Positions 51,301 through 64,000 of a stretch of DNA of 64,000 bases are shown here, piece after piece. The notes under the pieces are model-generated. The model had not been told where the DNA came from. It was given only the letters and a program-made list of their open reading frames with translations, and did not search any database. This DNA is from Nemertoderma westbladi (Eukaryota > Animalia > Xenacoelomorpha). Where the stretch lies: NCBI GenBank assembly GCA_032718475.1, contig JAUCBJ010005335.1, positions 2,112 through 66,111 of the forward strand. The letters are read 5' to 3'. The translations under genes were made by a program, and so were the position numbers. Position 1 is the first letter of the stretch. The number at the start of each line of letters is the position of its first letter.

Positions 51301-54300
51301 GTTTCTGATAGAGGTCTTCTTCAGGCCACCACAGAAATCTCACGCTGTCTCTATCTCTATCCAGCGCCTTGACTTGTAAGAACATTCCTTCTATATCAGA
51401 GGCGGACGCGATGGAATATTGTCTTAATCTCAAAAGTATTCCCAACAAAGATTGGAGTAAGTTGGGTCCTGGTAACAACTCGGAATTGAGGGATTGGCCC
51501 ATGTATAGGGCGGAGCCATCGAATACGACTCGTACTTCGTGGGGTTTACCGGGTTTGGGAACGTAATGATGTGTTAAGTAATACGTTCTCTCAGTCACTG
51601 GTGTTCCTTCCGGTACTCGCTCCGCGTATCCCTTTCTTATAAATTTCTTCAGCTGAGTTTGGTACATTTCTTTAGCTGAAGCATTAGCCGTAAGGCGTCG
51701 ATGTAATTGAGCGATTCTTTTCTCTGCCAAGGGTCTGTTATTTATAAATCTAGGTTCTCGTTTTCGAAATGGTAGGCCGATTTCATATCTACCTTGGTCC
51801 TTTAAAAAACGTGTAGTCGTTTCCTGGATTTGCTTGGCTCTTTCTTCTTCTATCGATAGGGCCTTATCATATGAATTGGGCTCTACCAGTTCTTGAGTAA
51901 AGAATCGTGCGGCTAGTTCGTCCCGAGTTCTAGCGTTGTAGCGCTCTATCTCATCGTTTAGTTCGTCATTGTAAGCGATGGGTTCCGATGGGCGAATCAG
52001 TTGACATAGGTTCACCTGATTTTTCCAAGTTTGGTTTTCTGTAAGTAGGTCGATTGTGTTCTCTTCATCAAAGAGTTGGTAGATGTCGTCATTATCTGAG
52101 GAGTATAGTGTTTCCTCAGTTAGTTCGTCCACCTCACTGCTCTCCGCTTCCCAATCGTTTACTTGGTATACTCGTTCTTGTGGCATTCTCTCTTCGAGAG
52201 TCCTGCGGGAAGGGCCAGTAAAGTACCAACCTACTCTAGTTCTTACCGCATAGGTTTGCAGTGGCTGCGGTTGAGCAGGCCGTTTCTCCAATGTCTCGAG
52301 CGCCTCAGGCGCGTTCTGGCCGATAAGTATTTGCACTCCAGGATAATCTGTCTGGAATCGAGGTATCTTAAGATGTTGGATGCTCTCATCCTCATCCCAA
52401 TTATAAAGGTCTGCTTGAGTAGTAGCGAAGTTCTTTATAGCCACCATTTTTACCGACCTTATACCTTGTGCTCCTAATTTATCCTGGGGGGTGGACAACA
52501 CACCTACATAGTAATCTGCCGTTAGGGTAGATTTCCAAACCTGCATAATTCCTGACATATTCAATTTAGTCCGGAATTTGGGTTGTCCAGCAAAGATATC
52601 TTCGGCTAGTTCTTGATCGATGAATGTTCCTGTGCTGCCAGAGTCAAGGAGGGCATTCACTATGTAACTGTTGTTAGGACCGTGAACTCTTACCTGCACT
52701 ACAGGAAATTCTCTGATTCCTACATTGGAAGTTGGAGCTTTCCAAGATGGTTGTCTGTCAAAGGTAGTTGGGGGGAACTCATTTTCGGTGTCCTTTTCAT
52801 AAGTAAGTGCTCGATACACCACGGTATTGATTAGGTAACAGGATTCGTTGGCGTTGGAGAATTCGTCAGTATAGAATCCTTCCATCTCAGATTCTTGATC
52901 AGTGTCGTTTACATCACTGAATTGGACATGTAGTTCGGGCTCACTTACCTGACTCGGGTTGTCTCTGTCGAACTCACTGTGTAACAAGATGTGATGTTTC
53001 GCGCTACACTTTGCACACTTTATGTCGGAGTAACAGGTTCGCCGTTGGTGTCCTGGTCTGAGGCAATTATAGCATAGCCGCTTATCCCACACGACTGCAC
53101 GTCTGTCTACAAGGGATTTCTTTAGAAATTCAGCACACACACTCAAACGGTGGGTCCCGTCGCACAGCGCACAGTTAGGTTTTATGTTACTCACTTTACC
53201 TTGGGTAACTTGATGCACTCTCGTTCTTTCTTCGGGTTTTCTTCGGTGCATTCTGTTAGGGGACTGAGGAGGGGTCTTGGCAACCTGTTCTCTCCTATCG
53301 TTGGTTCGAGACTTGTATTTACTTACGTCCTTTAGGGTTTTGCTAACGTAGTAAGATCGGTCAGTGTCTTTCCCACTGTCTTCTTCTTGAGAAGCTTGGC
53401 TTTCGCCGTCGTCAGTGTAACACACCGGTGTTACTCTTCTCCTAGAAGCGGGTTTCTCACTTACCTTATTTTCCGATGTTTTCTCTCTGGACTGCTTGAT
53501 GAGTTGTAGTTTTACCTCACCATCTAAGAAGGACATGAGATCAGCCATGGTAGGGCTTCGTCGTTGTTGTTCATTCATATACAACACTTTCTTGTCCCAA
53601 CGCGTACATACTCCACCCTTTGGTAAAGTAGAGACTACTGCTCCAATAACCATGGAACTCTGATATTCATGAGACTTACCTAACCAGTCCAATTGTCTAC
53701 AGATCTCCTGAATCTCATCGGAAAACTCTATAATCCCGCTACTAAGGAAGTGTCGGGGGGCTACTAATTTTGCATACAAATACTTAGCTATGTTATCCTT
53801 GTTACCATACCTGATGTTTAATGAATCCCATACTTGTCTTAATCCTTCTGGATGTCCAATGAACTTTAACGCCATTAACTTGGGAGGTCCTTCCAAGCAC
53901 TTGATGAGGAACCTAAGTTTCTCTCCGTTAGATAGTACAGAGTTCTGTATGCTATCTTTGTAATATTCATTGAAAGGTAACCATTTCATCTCATCTCCAT
54001 TGAATTTAACGATCTCTCCCACTTTGACCGCTTGGCGGGCTTCTGTTCTAGCCATCTGACGCGTAAAGCTTTCTTGGGCCATCGTGTTATTTAATATCGA
54101 ATTATCGGTATATAAATTTCTCGGATCATTATCAGGTCTATAGGGAATATCATTAACAACAGGTTTATAATCACCCTTAATAGGGTTTGCTATAGGAGTT
54201 TCTACTTCACTAGCAGTATAGATGCGTGTAGGCTCCACACCTTGCGCATGTAATACTTCAGACCTAACAGGTTGACACAATGTTACAGGGGGTATTGGTA

Positions 54301-56443
54301 TACCATTTTGTATATTGACTAATTTGTCGCGTTCTAGCGCGATACTTTGCTGCACTTCTTGCAATTCTGCCCTACCTACCCTTACTGTTTCCTTAAGTTG
54401 GTGGACAGTCTCCTGCATCTGTCCGAGCAGGAGATTCATCCCCCGCCGTCCCTCCTCTACCCACTCGACCGCCGAAGCGGGAGTCGCCAACATTGTAGCG
54501 GGCTGACGCGGGACGACGGGAGACAAATCTTTGATTTCTCTCTCAGCTTCCAGGACAGGGATATTTTCATGGACTGTTCTACCGGGTACATGCAGTGTAG
54601 TACTGTGTAAATGGAATTTAGAGTTTGTTTCAGGGAGTACAGGTGTCTCTAGCACCAAAGGGGTGGCTTCGAGAAAAGGCCTAATTATTTCAGGCTCATC
54701 TGTTATAGTAGGGAGTCTGTTGACGGTAATAATTCGGTCTGTGGGTTCTGTACTACCTACTGTTGTGCTAGCTAATTGTCTTCTAACGGCTGGGGGCAAA
54801 TCAGGCAATTTATGACGGTGAGATGTTCTTCTACGTCTACTGAGACGAGATTGATTTCCTCCACCTTCAGGATCGGTGGTATCCCCTTCCTCCGATGATG
54901 TATAGCCTTGGCGTTTGGAAGTAGATCGACTCATCATCTGCATTCGACTGTCTGTTAACTGCCTACCGATGCTGTCTTGCGTCTCCTGCAGATCTTCTAA
55001 CTCCAGCTGGGCGGTCTCCTCAGACGCTCTCCGTTCTGCTTCTGCCACTGCCTCCGCCGCCTTTCTTTCCGCCTTTCTGTCTGCTTCTGCTTTTGCCTCC
55101 GCCGCCTTTATTTCCGCTTCGGCCGCTGCTTCTGCCGCCTTTCTGTCTGCTTCTGCTTTTGCCTCTGCCGCTTTTATTTCCGCTTCGGCCGCTGCTTCTG
55201 CCGCCTTTCTTTCCACCTTTCTGTCTGCTTCTGCTGTTGCCATTGCCGCTGCTATTGCTGCTGTCTTTTTGTCTTCAATCCGCCTTTTCTTTACTTGTTC
55301 TTCTTGAGCTCTAGCTATGCGGAGACATTCATCAAATTTAGCTTGGTCCGCAGCTATCATCTCAGTATCGATTGCGTCCAACACAAGTTGGGTTCCTTCA
55401 CTATTAGGGGAAAGTCCAGACAGCCGTCTCCTCAACTCTTCGTCTCCTAGGAATCGCTGATAGTCGGACAGATAAATGTCGATAGCGTCTCTAGTTCGCG
55501 GTCTCTCTGCTGTCACTTCGCTTTCCGCTTGAGAAAGGGTGGCATCGGTTGGTTCTTCATAGGTTGGTCTCTCAGCCAGCTGGGATTTCCACTGGGCAGT
55601 TTCTTGTACTTTGAGACTTACCCGCTGGAACCAAGTCTTGACAGCAACCTGCAGCGACGTGTCCTGTCTTCTTTTGGAAGTTTCCTCAAAGGCTGACAAG
55701 ATTAGTCTAATGCGTAGGGTTCTTTCGCGTACTTGATATAGCAGCTCTTCCTGCTCTTGAGGTCCTTGGGGTTGTCGAAACAGTTGTTCTTCTAATCGCT
55801 CTAAGGAGCCGAAGAATCCCTGCACATATCCTGCTGCCGACCTCTTCCAAACAGCTGGATCCATTGTATCTTTAGTCACTCCCATCCTGTGTATGTCTTC
55901 CCAAGTAGTTTCGGACAAATCTAACGGGAGTCCGGGTCCGGGAAAGTTCCATTGTGACTCGACAATAGACATCAATTCTTCCCTGGCGTATCCCGCATAA
56001 CTATCTTGGGTCGCTCGCTTACTTCTCGCCCAATCTGCTTGATGTTCCTCCACCGCAATCAATATAGTAGTTAGCACTGCGGCAGGAAGGGTGAGAAGGG
56101 GATCCGAGTAGGCTGTAGCCGTCATCTGCACTCCGCGTTCGGGGGTCAGCTCTACAGCATCCGAACTACTGGAGCTATCGGATCGCTGGGAACAAGTTTC
56201 TTGACTAGGATGTTGCTGCTGTTGGACAGCTGCTTCCTGGTTCCGTTTGACTTGGGCCCGAGTGCCGATGATAGACCTACGGTGTTGGATTAGCTTAGGG
56301 TCTGATACTACTACTGGAGGGATGACCTTTCTTTCAGTAGGAGGTGAGCTGAACTCCTTTCTTAATCGCTCCACACTCCTATCTGTGTCACAGATGGTTG
56401 TATCGATTAGACTGTCTGACAGGTTTTGCTGGGTGTCAGACAT
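48389..56443 (-). pseudogene. gag-pol: BEL copy B gag-pol (~2684 codons, one in-frame stop, in-frame integrase deletion)
   Basis: The 1885-aa and 798-aa ORFs abut in one frame (SLVQ*MWLE; CAA in copy A). All BEL motifs are present except GMDLFGP. Confidence 0.95.
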
Positions 56444-58669
56444 ATTTAGCTATACAGTTGAATGCTTACTGCTATAGTTACAGTTAAAGCAAGTCTGGTA
56501 GTTCAGTATGACCGTTGGCCTAGTACTGGTAATTTATTACAGTATATTAGAATACCGGTATACACTTATAGTATATATAAGTATCGTAAACTAGGTTTGT
56601 CACAGAGTACCGGTATATAATTTTAGCACAAATATATATAAATATATAATAGGCCTATCGTGAATACCGGTATACAGCTTACACTTATAGTATATATAAG
56701 TATAATTATGAACTAGAATTAATCACAGAATACCGGTATGAGTTCAGCACAAATTTATAGAAATAAATATAATAAGCCTATGGTAAATACCGGTATGTCA
56801 ATTATTTTTAGAATAATTGAATTTCTGAATATTTTAGGGTTACTTGGTTACTTTAACTTACTTTGTTACCGTTATTTAAGCAGTAGTCCAACTGATATTG
56901 AGACCTAGTTGTTGTATGGCAGGCCTACTATTTATAAATCATTTGAGTTGATTTATAATAGATATATACCCGTTTAAAATGGGTTTTGTCAATATTTGAA
57001 ATAAATGTTATTATTTCTGGGGGAAGTCACTACACAGAAGCTGTGCGCTCTCAGTGAAGTGCTACCTATGGGACACTAAAACAGATAATTCTAATTTACC
57101 TAAGTTACTTAATACTACAAATTACTTACGATACGGGTGAGATTAAATCTCTAATTAAACACAACAAAAATATTACGTACGAAATTTTAGGGTAATTTTA
57201 CAGGAAGTCTACAAACCAGCCTAACAAAGGGTTAGAATTCCGGTTATTACAACGGACAGGGTACTACGGTATTTGAAAATAATAAGTAGTAGTAAATACA
57301 CTGCGTTGTCCAGATAGGAAGATACCACCGCCTGACGACCTATAACCGTATCGCTATAGGTACTACGTTATGTATCACGGAGTGTTCCTACCTAGAAGTT
57401 AATTACCGTGGACTACCAGATCCAGCGTGCCTATTAACCACTTTACAACACAAATATACTGCCTACACACTAATTACCTCGGAAAGCACTATACACTAAA
57501 CCCTAAATTAGGTACAAGTACTGGTACAACAAATAATCAGTAGTTAAATATACTTGAACAGTTAAAAGAACCACGGCACCTGCTGGAGTGACCGAAGCAC
57601 AAAGTCACCAGTCTTTTCCTACGCCAAGCAGCCCGTGTAGTACCGGGGTTAATTTAACTATAACGGTATGTGTAACAAACACAATTACTGTAGGAATAAA
57701 CTTGGGGACATGAATGTTGCGAATAATCGCATAAACTCTGAATAATAAATATTACGCTACCCGTACAGAATACTCAAACAAAATACAAACCAAATGCTGG
57801 CAGACTACCACCAAGCCTAAATAAACTACAGTATGTGTAGATTCCAAAATGGTTAGTTAGTATGCGTTCTAACACGGTAGTACGACTTATTCTTTAAGAG
57901 GGGATTGACCTTACAGCTATGGCTGCCCCAACTTACTAACTGGCACTCTATCGGACAAACTCTACACACGCAGCAATCTCTTCAGACCTAATAATAGCTA
58001 GACAACAATCCAGCCTACAAAATATCTGAGTAATAACTATTACGGTACCTGAACAGACCACACAAACAAACACAGGCCAAAACGTTGGCAGAATACTGTC
58101 AAGCCTAAATAAACTACAGTATGTGCAGATTCCAAAATGGTTAGTTAGTATGCGTTCTAACACGGTAGTACGACTTATTCTTTAAGAGGGGATTGACCTT
58201 ACAGCTATGGCTGCCCCAACTTACTAACTGGCACTCTATCGGACAAACTCTACACACGCAGTAATCTCTCCAAACCCAACAACAATCCGACAACAGTCCG
58301 GCCTACAATTATCTGAACAATCTGAGCAGACTTACACGTCTTCAGCTCAATATTAACTTACATGTAAATAAAACTGACAGAAATAAGTAAGCTCCAAAAG
58401 AAACAAGGGGTGTACAGTCCCTAATCTCTGAAACAGCCTACCGGTATGCAATAATCAAAATCGAATAATACTAATGTACTTATACTGGAAGTACCGGTTA
58501 GGACAGTTGGGCCTACGGACTTACAGAAGTACCGGTTCTGGCAGTTGGACCTACGGACCTACAGCAGTACCGGTTCTGGCAGTTGGGCCTACTGACCTAC
58601 AGAAGTACCGGTTCAGGTTTTACCGGTCGCCCGGTACTTTCAACTTTATTGCTTACTGCAATAAAGACA

Positions 58670-58680
58670 ATAACTGTTAT
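58670..58680 (-). promoter_or_regulatory. Non-tRNA primer-binding site candidate ATAACAGTTAT
   Basis: Abuts the 5' LTR; exact complement of LTR 59405-59415 (ATAACTGTTAT on the minus strand). Confidence 0.7.
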
Positions 58681-59913
58681 TGTACGCGCTTTTGAAGACC
58701 TTTAGCAGTTTAACCTGCCAAAATTTATATGTCTTTTGGTTTATAAATAGACTTTAGAAGTTGACAAATATTTAATACCAATAAACACAACATTAGCAGA
58801 AGCCAGCCTAGTGCGCGTCCATTCACCCGCTGGATACCCCCGGGAGACTGGATTCTGAGGGCTTAGATTATTATTGCAGTGTAAGCTTACTGTATTATTC
58901 GATTGATCGTTAATAAATAATTTCTGACTAATATTATTCACTTTCGGGAAATATTAACAGTTCCTTTAGGACGTGGCGCTCTATCTAGGTAAACAGAGAT
59001 ATGACTTATACTAATCACAACGGCAAGTCGGTAAGGCTTATGATTCACGTATGAGGCGCATTCTTTAGGAAATGCTTAGTTATCAATCACAATCAGGCAC
59101 ACTACCGGTAACACACAATACTGCTCACTAATTTGCCGACCGTCAATGAATTTTGTTATATATAAAGAGAACAGCAACGGACTCATGTAGTGCTTATCAA
59201 ATAGCATTAAATTCACTACAAACCACAACAATATAAGTCGCAATCGCTATATATAACCCGTCTCTCTAACCTGTAGTGTATCAAGAAAATTGGAAAATTT
59301 GGGTTCTTTATAAATGTTCTCCAAATAATAATATTCAACCAAAACACAACAGTAAATAGCATTAAGACGGTAGGTTAAGATGGTAACACTGTTTGACTGG
59401 ACCGATAACAGTTATACGCTCTATAATCTTAAGCCTACTAATGTTTCTTCTAAAGTCTGAAACGAATTGACTCTAGAGCCGGTGTTCCTGGCCTAGATAG
59501 AAGGAACACAACAGTATCACCAAAACAGTAAGACTGAACACTCCTAGTATGATCGGCCGAATATCTCCACATCGACAGAAAAAATCGCTCTGATTGGCTT
59601 AAGCTAAACAAAGAACCATGCGTCCAATGGCTGTTTCCATGCCAGCAACCAGCTGCTAGATGTCGTAATCTGAATCATCAAGGCCAAGCCGTGTAAAGGT
59701 ATTTGGTGCATTGCGGGTTTTTTGCCTTACCATGTCCGCCAAAACACGTATATAGAAGAATGACTTTTATGTCCGTTAAAACACCTACAACGGTACCTTG
59801 CGGGCGAGGAGAATATATATACAGTTAGAGAGCCTTTTAGAGTATTCCAGCGCCTGGGGGGAAACCGGATTGCGAGGCAAAAGGGCCAGTTATATCCCAC
59901 AGAAGCTTTTACA
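58681..59913 (-). repeat. 5' LTR of copy B (1233 bp)
   Basis: TGTAAAAGCTT...GCGTACA on the minus strand. Confidence 0.94.
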
Positions 59914-60431
59914 GCTTTTATATTAGAAACACTGTAATATAACAATTATTTTTATAATTACTACTTCTACTATCAGCATGCTGCATTGCAACTGCATTAT
60001 CATGTACTACATATATATTAATAATGCTGTGCCGGCTTGTAAACAAAATTGCGCTGTCACATCTCCCTACCACCCATGACATTTGCTAGATCATCCGCAT
60101 CTTCAAGGCCAGTGTTTAGATACGCCTCTAAGAGGCGTCCCAAGAAAGGCATGAGTTGTCCACCATGTTTATTTATTCGCCAAAGCACAATATTATGCAC
60201 TGGCTGGTACTCACGGCGATACCATCGTCCTGCAAAGCGGAGGCGGTTCAGGTCAAGTGTCAAGCTAAGGAAGACTAATGGATGTTTCCTCCAATGTTGT
60301 ATAGAGTCTGATTGGAGATGTGTTCATTATACTTGACACAATGAACGCGGCACATTATTCTTTTGAAAGTGCCATCAAGAGATTTGGAATCCTCTGCAGT
60401 TAGAAGCCAGCACAGACTCCCATATACGAGT
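59914..60431. repeat. Right copy of the 518-bp flanking duplication
   Basis: Matches 43503-44020; LINE sequence continues to ~60530 only on this side. Confidence 0.93.
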
Positions 60432-61034
60432 ACTGTTTCTACTGCTGCTCTAAAGAGATTCGAACCTTTAGATTCCGTTTTATTCCACGGAACAGCCCAG
60501 ACTCCATATTTTTATAACTGTTTGCGCTGTCTGGATTGTGTTCATCTTGCCACACCTGCTGTTGGAATCTAATTCATGTTCACCGTCTTCCGTTAGCATT
60601 GATTGCTCGTCATTTACCCCGCTATTGATTGCCATAGAATCCGGTAGAGTGTCATACTCAAGATTGATGCTATGAGAATCCGTAGGCCTAAGAGATAAAA
60701 CAATCCCTTATTCTCAATTATTATTGTCTCAACACTTTCTACAATTAGCGGCTGAAGTCCTGTGCCATCATCATCTCTGATATTGTTGTTGTATGCTTCT
60801 AAAACAGATAAATCTCGAAAAAAATCTCGAAAATTGCTTCACCGTGAACATCTTCAGCTACGCTCACTAACTGATTGAACATCTCCAGCTAAACTCCATA
60901 ATCGGCCTGCTGCATTGAAACTGGTCATTGAGATGCTGGCCTAAGAAAAATATTTTGCTACCACCATGCAATCCACAATTGACAAGCCCAATGCAGGGGA
61001 TTAAGCATTAGCATAATTAATTTGAGAATTAAGA

Positions 61035-62155
61035 ATGCTATGCCGGCTTATCTACGAAGATTCACCGCCACAACTCCCTATCCCCCATGACTTTCGCGAG
61101 ACTATTCGCATCTACCAAACCAGAGTCCTTTAAGAGGCGTCTCACAAAAGTCATGTGCTGTCCACCATGCTTATTTTCTCCATGGGGCTTCCAAAGTACA
61201 AGATTATGCACAGGCTGGTCCTCACTGCGAAAACAATCTCCTGCAAACCGGAGTGTTCAAGTGTCAAGCTTGGGGGAACCAATGAGACACCTCCAATGTT
61301 ATATAGTGTCTGGTTAAAGATGTGTGCATTGTACTTGACACAATGAACCCGGCGTAGCATTCTTGTGAATGTGCCATCCAGAGATTTGGTGTCCTCAGCA
61401 GTTAGAGCCCAGCATGGACTCCCATAGAGGGGTACTGGAACTACTGCTGCTCTAAATAATCGGACCTTAAGTTTCCGATTAATTCTTGGTGACTTTCAAA
61501 TCCTGGAAAGCCTATTCAAGGCTGCCCATGTCTTTCCCTTACGTATTCGAAGGTCCTCACCTGACTTCCGGATCCATGATCCCAGGTAACAGAAGTCTTC
61601 CACTTGCTCAAACATACCATCCTTTGAGCTTATGCTCATCCGGTCAGAGACTTGCTGAGGCTTTCAAAGTTAACTGTCAAAATTTTCTAATGAGCTGAGG
61701 AGCCGTTGGGTTCCCTCTAGTGATTCTGAGAGTACTCCTAAGTCATAAGCAAAGTCTAGATCAGTTAGGTACTTGGCAGGATTTCCTCGACTTCTGGAGC
61801 CAGTAGGTGGAGTTACCATCATCCCCATGACCATTATGATGATCTAAGGACATTAGTAGAACATAGTCAACCACAATTATGAACAAGAATGGCGCAAGTG
61901 TGTCTCCTTGGAGGACTCCCCATAACATTTCGAATGGTTCTGTGTCACCATCAACAGTAGACACAAATGTTGTCGAACCATCGTATACTGATCTGATTGC
62001 TGCAATAATTTCATCAGGAATCCCATATAATGAAAGTATGCTGAACATACGTGAGCGAGAGACTGAATCAAAGGCCTTGAAGAAGTCAACAAAGATAACA
62101 GCCAGATGCCTGTCTTTCTTTTTTGACAACTCTTCAATTATCCTTCTAAGTGAAA
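61035..62155 (-). mobile_element. RTE-like LINE, 5'-truncated RT and C-terminus, decayed
   Basis: IFVDFFKAFDSVSR, GVLQGDTLAPFLFIIVVD, and LTDLDFAYDL (FADD-like); the 3' part is related to 60030-60480. Confidence 0.82.
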
Positions 62156-62195
62156 AAATGGGCTCACATGGTCCCACAACATTTATACGGAACCC

Positions 62196-62428
62196 AAATC
62201 ATCTCCAGCTACACTCACAACTGATTGAATATTTTCAGTTACATTCACTACCGGTTGAACATCTCCAGCTATACTCACTACCGGTTGAACATATCCAGTT
62301 ACACGCACTACCAGTTAATAATCTCCAGTTACACTCAGTACTGGTTAAACATCTTCAGCTGCACTCACTACTGGTTGAACATCTTCAGCTACACTCACTA
62401 CTGGTTGAACATCTTCAGCTACACTCAC
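62196..62428. repeat. 30-bp minisatellite (~8 units)
   Basis: Unit CTGGTTGAACATCTTCAGCTACACTCACTA; two related units at ~60845-60895. Confidence 0.9.
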
Positions 62429-64000
62429 CTAGAGTATATCTACAGTTCTATAAAGTAACTTGTAAATGGACCAGTAGACTTGTAAATAATCTTGTACTCA
62501 AGTACACAGTCTCATGGAGTGAATAAGCATAGTGGACAGCCCATGACTTTCTTGAGGCGCATCTCAAAGGACACTGGCCTTGGAGATGGGGATAATCTAG
62601 CAAATGCCATGGGTAATAGGGATTTGTGGCGTTGCAATTTTGTGGACATGCCGGCACATTCTTAGAATGCACCTGCAATGAAGCGTGCCGATCCTAGTAG
62701 TAGTAGTGTAAATTGACCCCCCTCCCCAGATTTTCGCCAAAGGTTAAAATAAGCATTACCAATTTTCAGCTATTTAAAAATACTGTTAGGTGTTGAGTAG
62801 GCAACCTATTCATTTAATACTAATACCGTAGACCTACTTCAAAACTCACTCCATTAATTAATTCAAGGCCAATTATCCTATCATATTGTGGCAAACGGGC
62901 ATTTTGGGGGTTTTATCAGAACGAATAATTAAAAGTCCACCTGACATTTAACTAATAAGAAACCCCCTAATATCTAATTTAAGGGGTTTTATCAGAAATT
63001 AAATCCCATATTGAAGGTGCTTAAACAGAGTTTTTTCCTACTTAGGGGGTTTTCAGATCAAGCGATATTTAGACGGGATCTTATTTTGCGTTTTTCTCCG
63101 TTATTAACGCTGTTTTAACTTCTGGGGTTTTGTCAGAAGGTGGATATCAATCTAAGGTACCAGAATCACCAAAAACCTGAAAATGGCCAAAAATCTACTT
63201 TGGGGGTTTTACCAGATTACCCACGATATGTACCAACTTTTATCCATGTCTTCCCCATTGCACACAATGTAGACCTGTACCTACTTGGAAAGCCAAACTA
63301 CCCTTGAAACCAGACATTATGGCACTTGGATATACCCGAAGGTAACGTTTTCATGTAACTCCCATGTTCAATTGACTCTGAACCTACCGCGTTTAGGCTT
63401 CCTTTGGGTTGATTGACAGAAGTACAACTCTGGTTAACAACAGCTGTGGTTTGCGGGGCCTTTTTTTGACATACGCTCCATTCTAAGCAGCGCAATCAAA
63501 GTCTGTTCTATAAATAGCGCCGATATATATACATAATATAAATGTATTTTTCCAACAGCCAGGAATACAATGGGAGTTATATGCAGTCAATAGCACACAC
63601 TGGCCACTCAGTCCTCATAGTGTACCTGTTCTGTAACTGTACCTGTTCTGTGCGACCAGTACTCTTGCCTACCATACTGCCAGTACCATGATGTCAATGA
63701 CTGTGGTACTATAGTCATAGTAATCATCCTGACCCATCACGATACCGCAATCCATCCCATCATCCCATCACCTGTGGCTCCCGACAAGTACCTGTGAAGG
63801 TGGGTGGTTCCCCCATGCATGACGACGGTGAATCTTGGTTTGTCCTCACCTACAATGACCTTAGCCTTGTTGTTACAAGCATCAGCTCAGCATACCACTA
63901 CTCGCTGCTATGCCATTTCTCATGGCTAATGACTTCACAATCCGTCCCACCCAATTATTGATGTCCTTCCATGGTGGCTGATCCACTCAGTATCCACCCA

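Larger units (their letters stand above)
44021..59913 (-). mobile_element. BEL/Pao LTR retrotransposon copy B (diverged subfamily, 15.9 kb, internal deletions)
   Basis: LTRs at 44021-45240 and 58681-59913; colinear homology to copy A throughout. Confidence 0.96.

Noticed and set aside
44021-59913. Copy B as an inverted segmental duplication or haplotype artefact of copy A
   Set aside because: Flanks differ, LTR U3 regions are strongly diverged and lesions are distinct, so these are independent insertions of two subfamilies.
61879-62526. 215-aa ORF with EHLQLHSLLV repeats
   Set aside because: Antisense of a LINE RT fused to a 30-bp minisatellite.

Overview
AT-rich eukaryotic (probably invertebrate) DNA made almost entirely of nested transposable elements and tandem repeats; no host gene was recognised. 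It holds two members of an unusually large BEL/Pao LTR-retrotransposon family. Copy A is 1102-19671 (+, 18.57 kb, 1156-bp LTRs, TSD GGTCC) and sits inside the gag of a Mag-like Ty3/Gypsy element. Copy B is 44021-59913 (-, 15.9 kb, internally deleted) and is flanked by a 518-bp direct duplication instead of a 5-bp TSD. Two features of this family stand out. First, downstream of pol lies a reconstructable ~1417-codon extra ORF with a WRN/RNase D-like DEDDy 3'-5' exonuclease-like domain and a CCHC zinc-knuckle cluster. Second, there is no tRNA PBS: the 11 nt after the 5' LTR are perfectly complementary to an 11-mer inside the LTR, with a compensatory change between the copies, suggesting Tf1-like self-priming. 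Also present are a CRE-like non-LTR element (15-bp TSD) with an in-frame 63-bp minisatellite in its RT, a compact 4.7-kb Gypsy element inside a palindromic 22-bp satellite, a 147-bp tandem array, and RTE-like and other LINE fragments. All domain calls are by eye from motifs; no searches were run.
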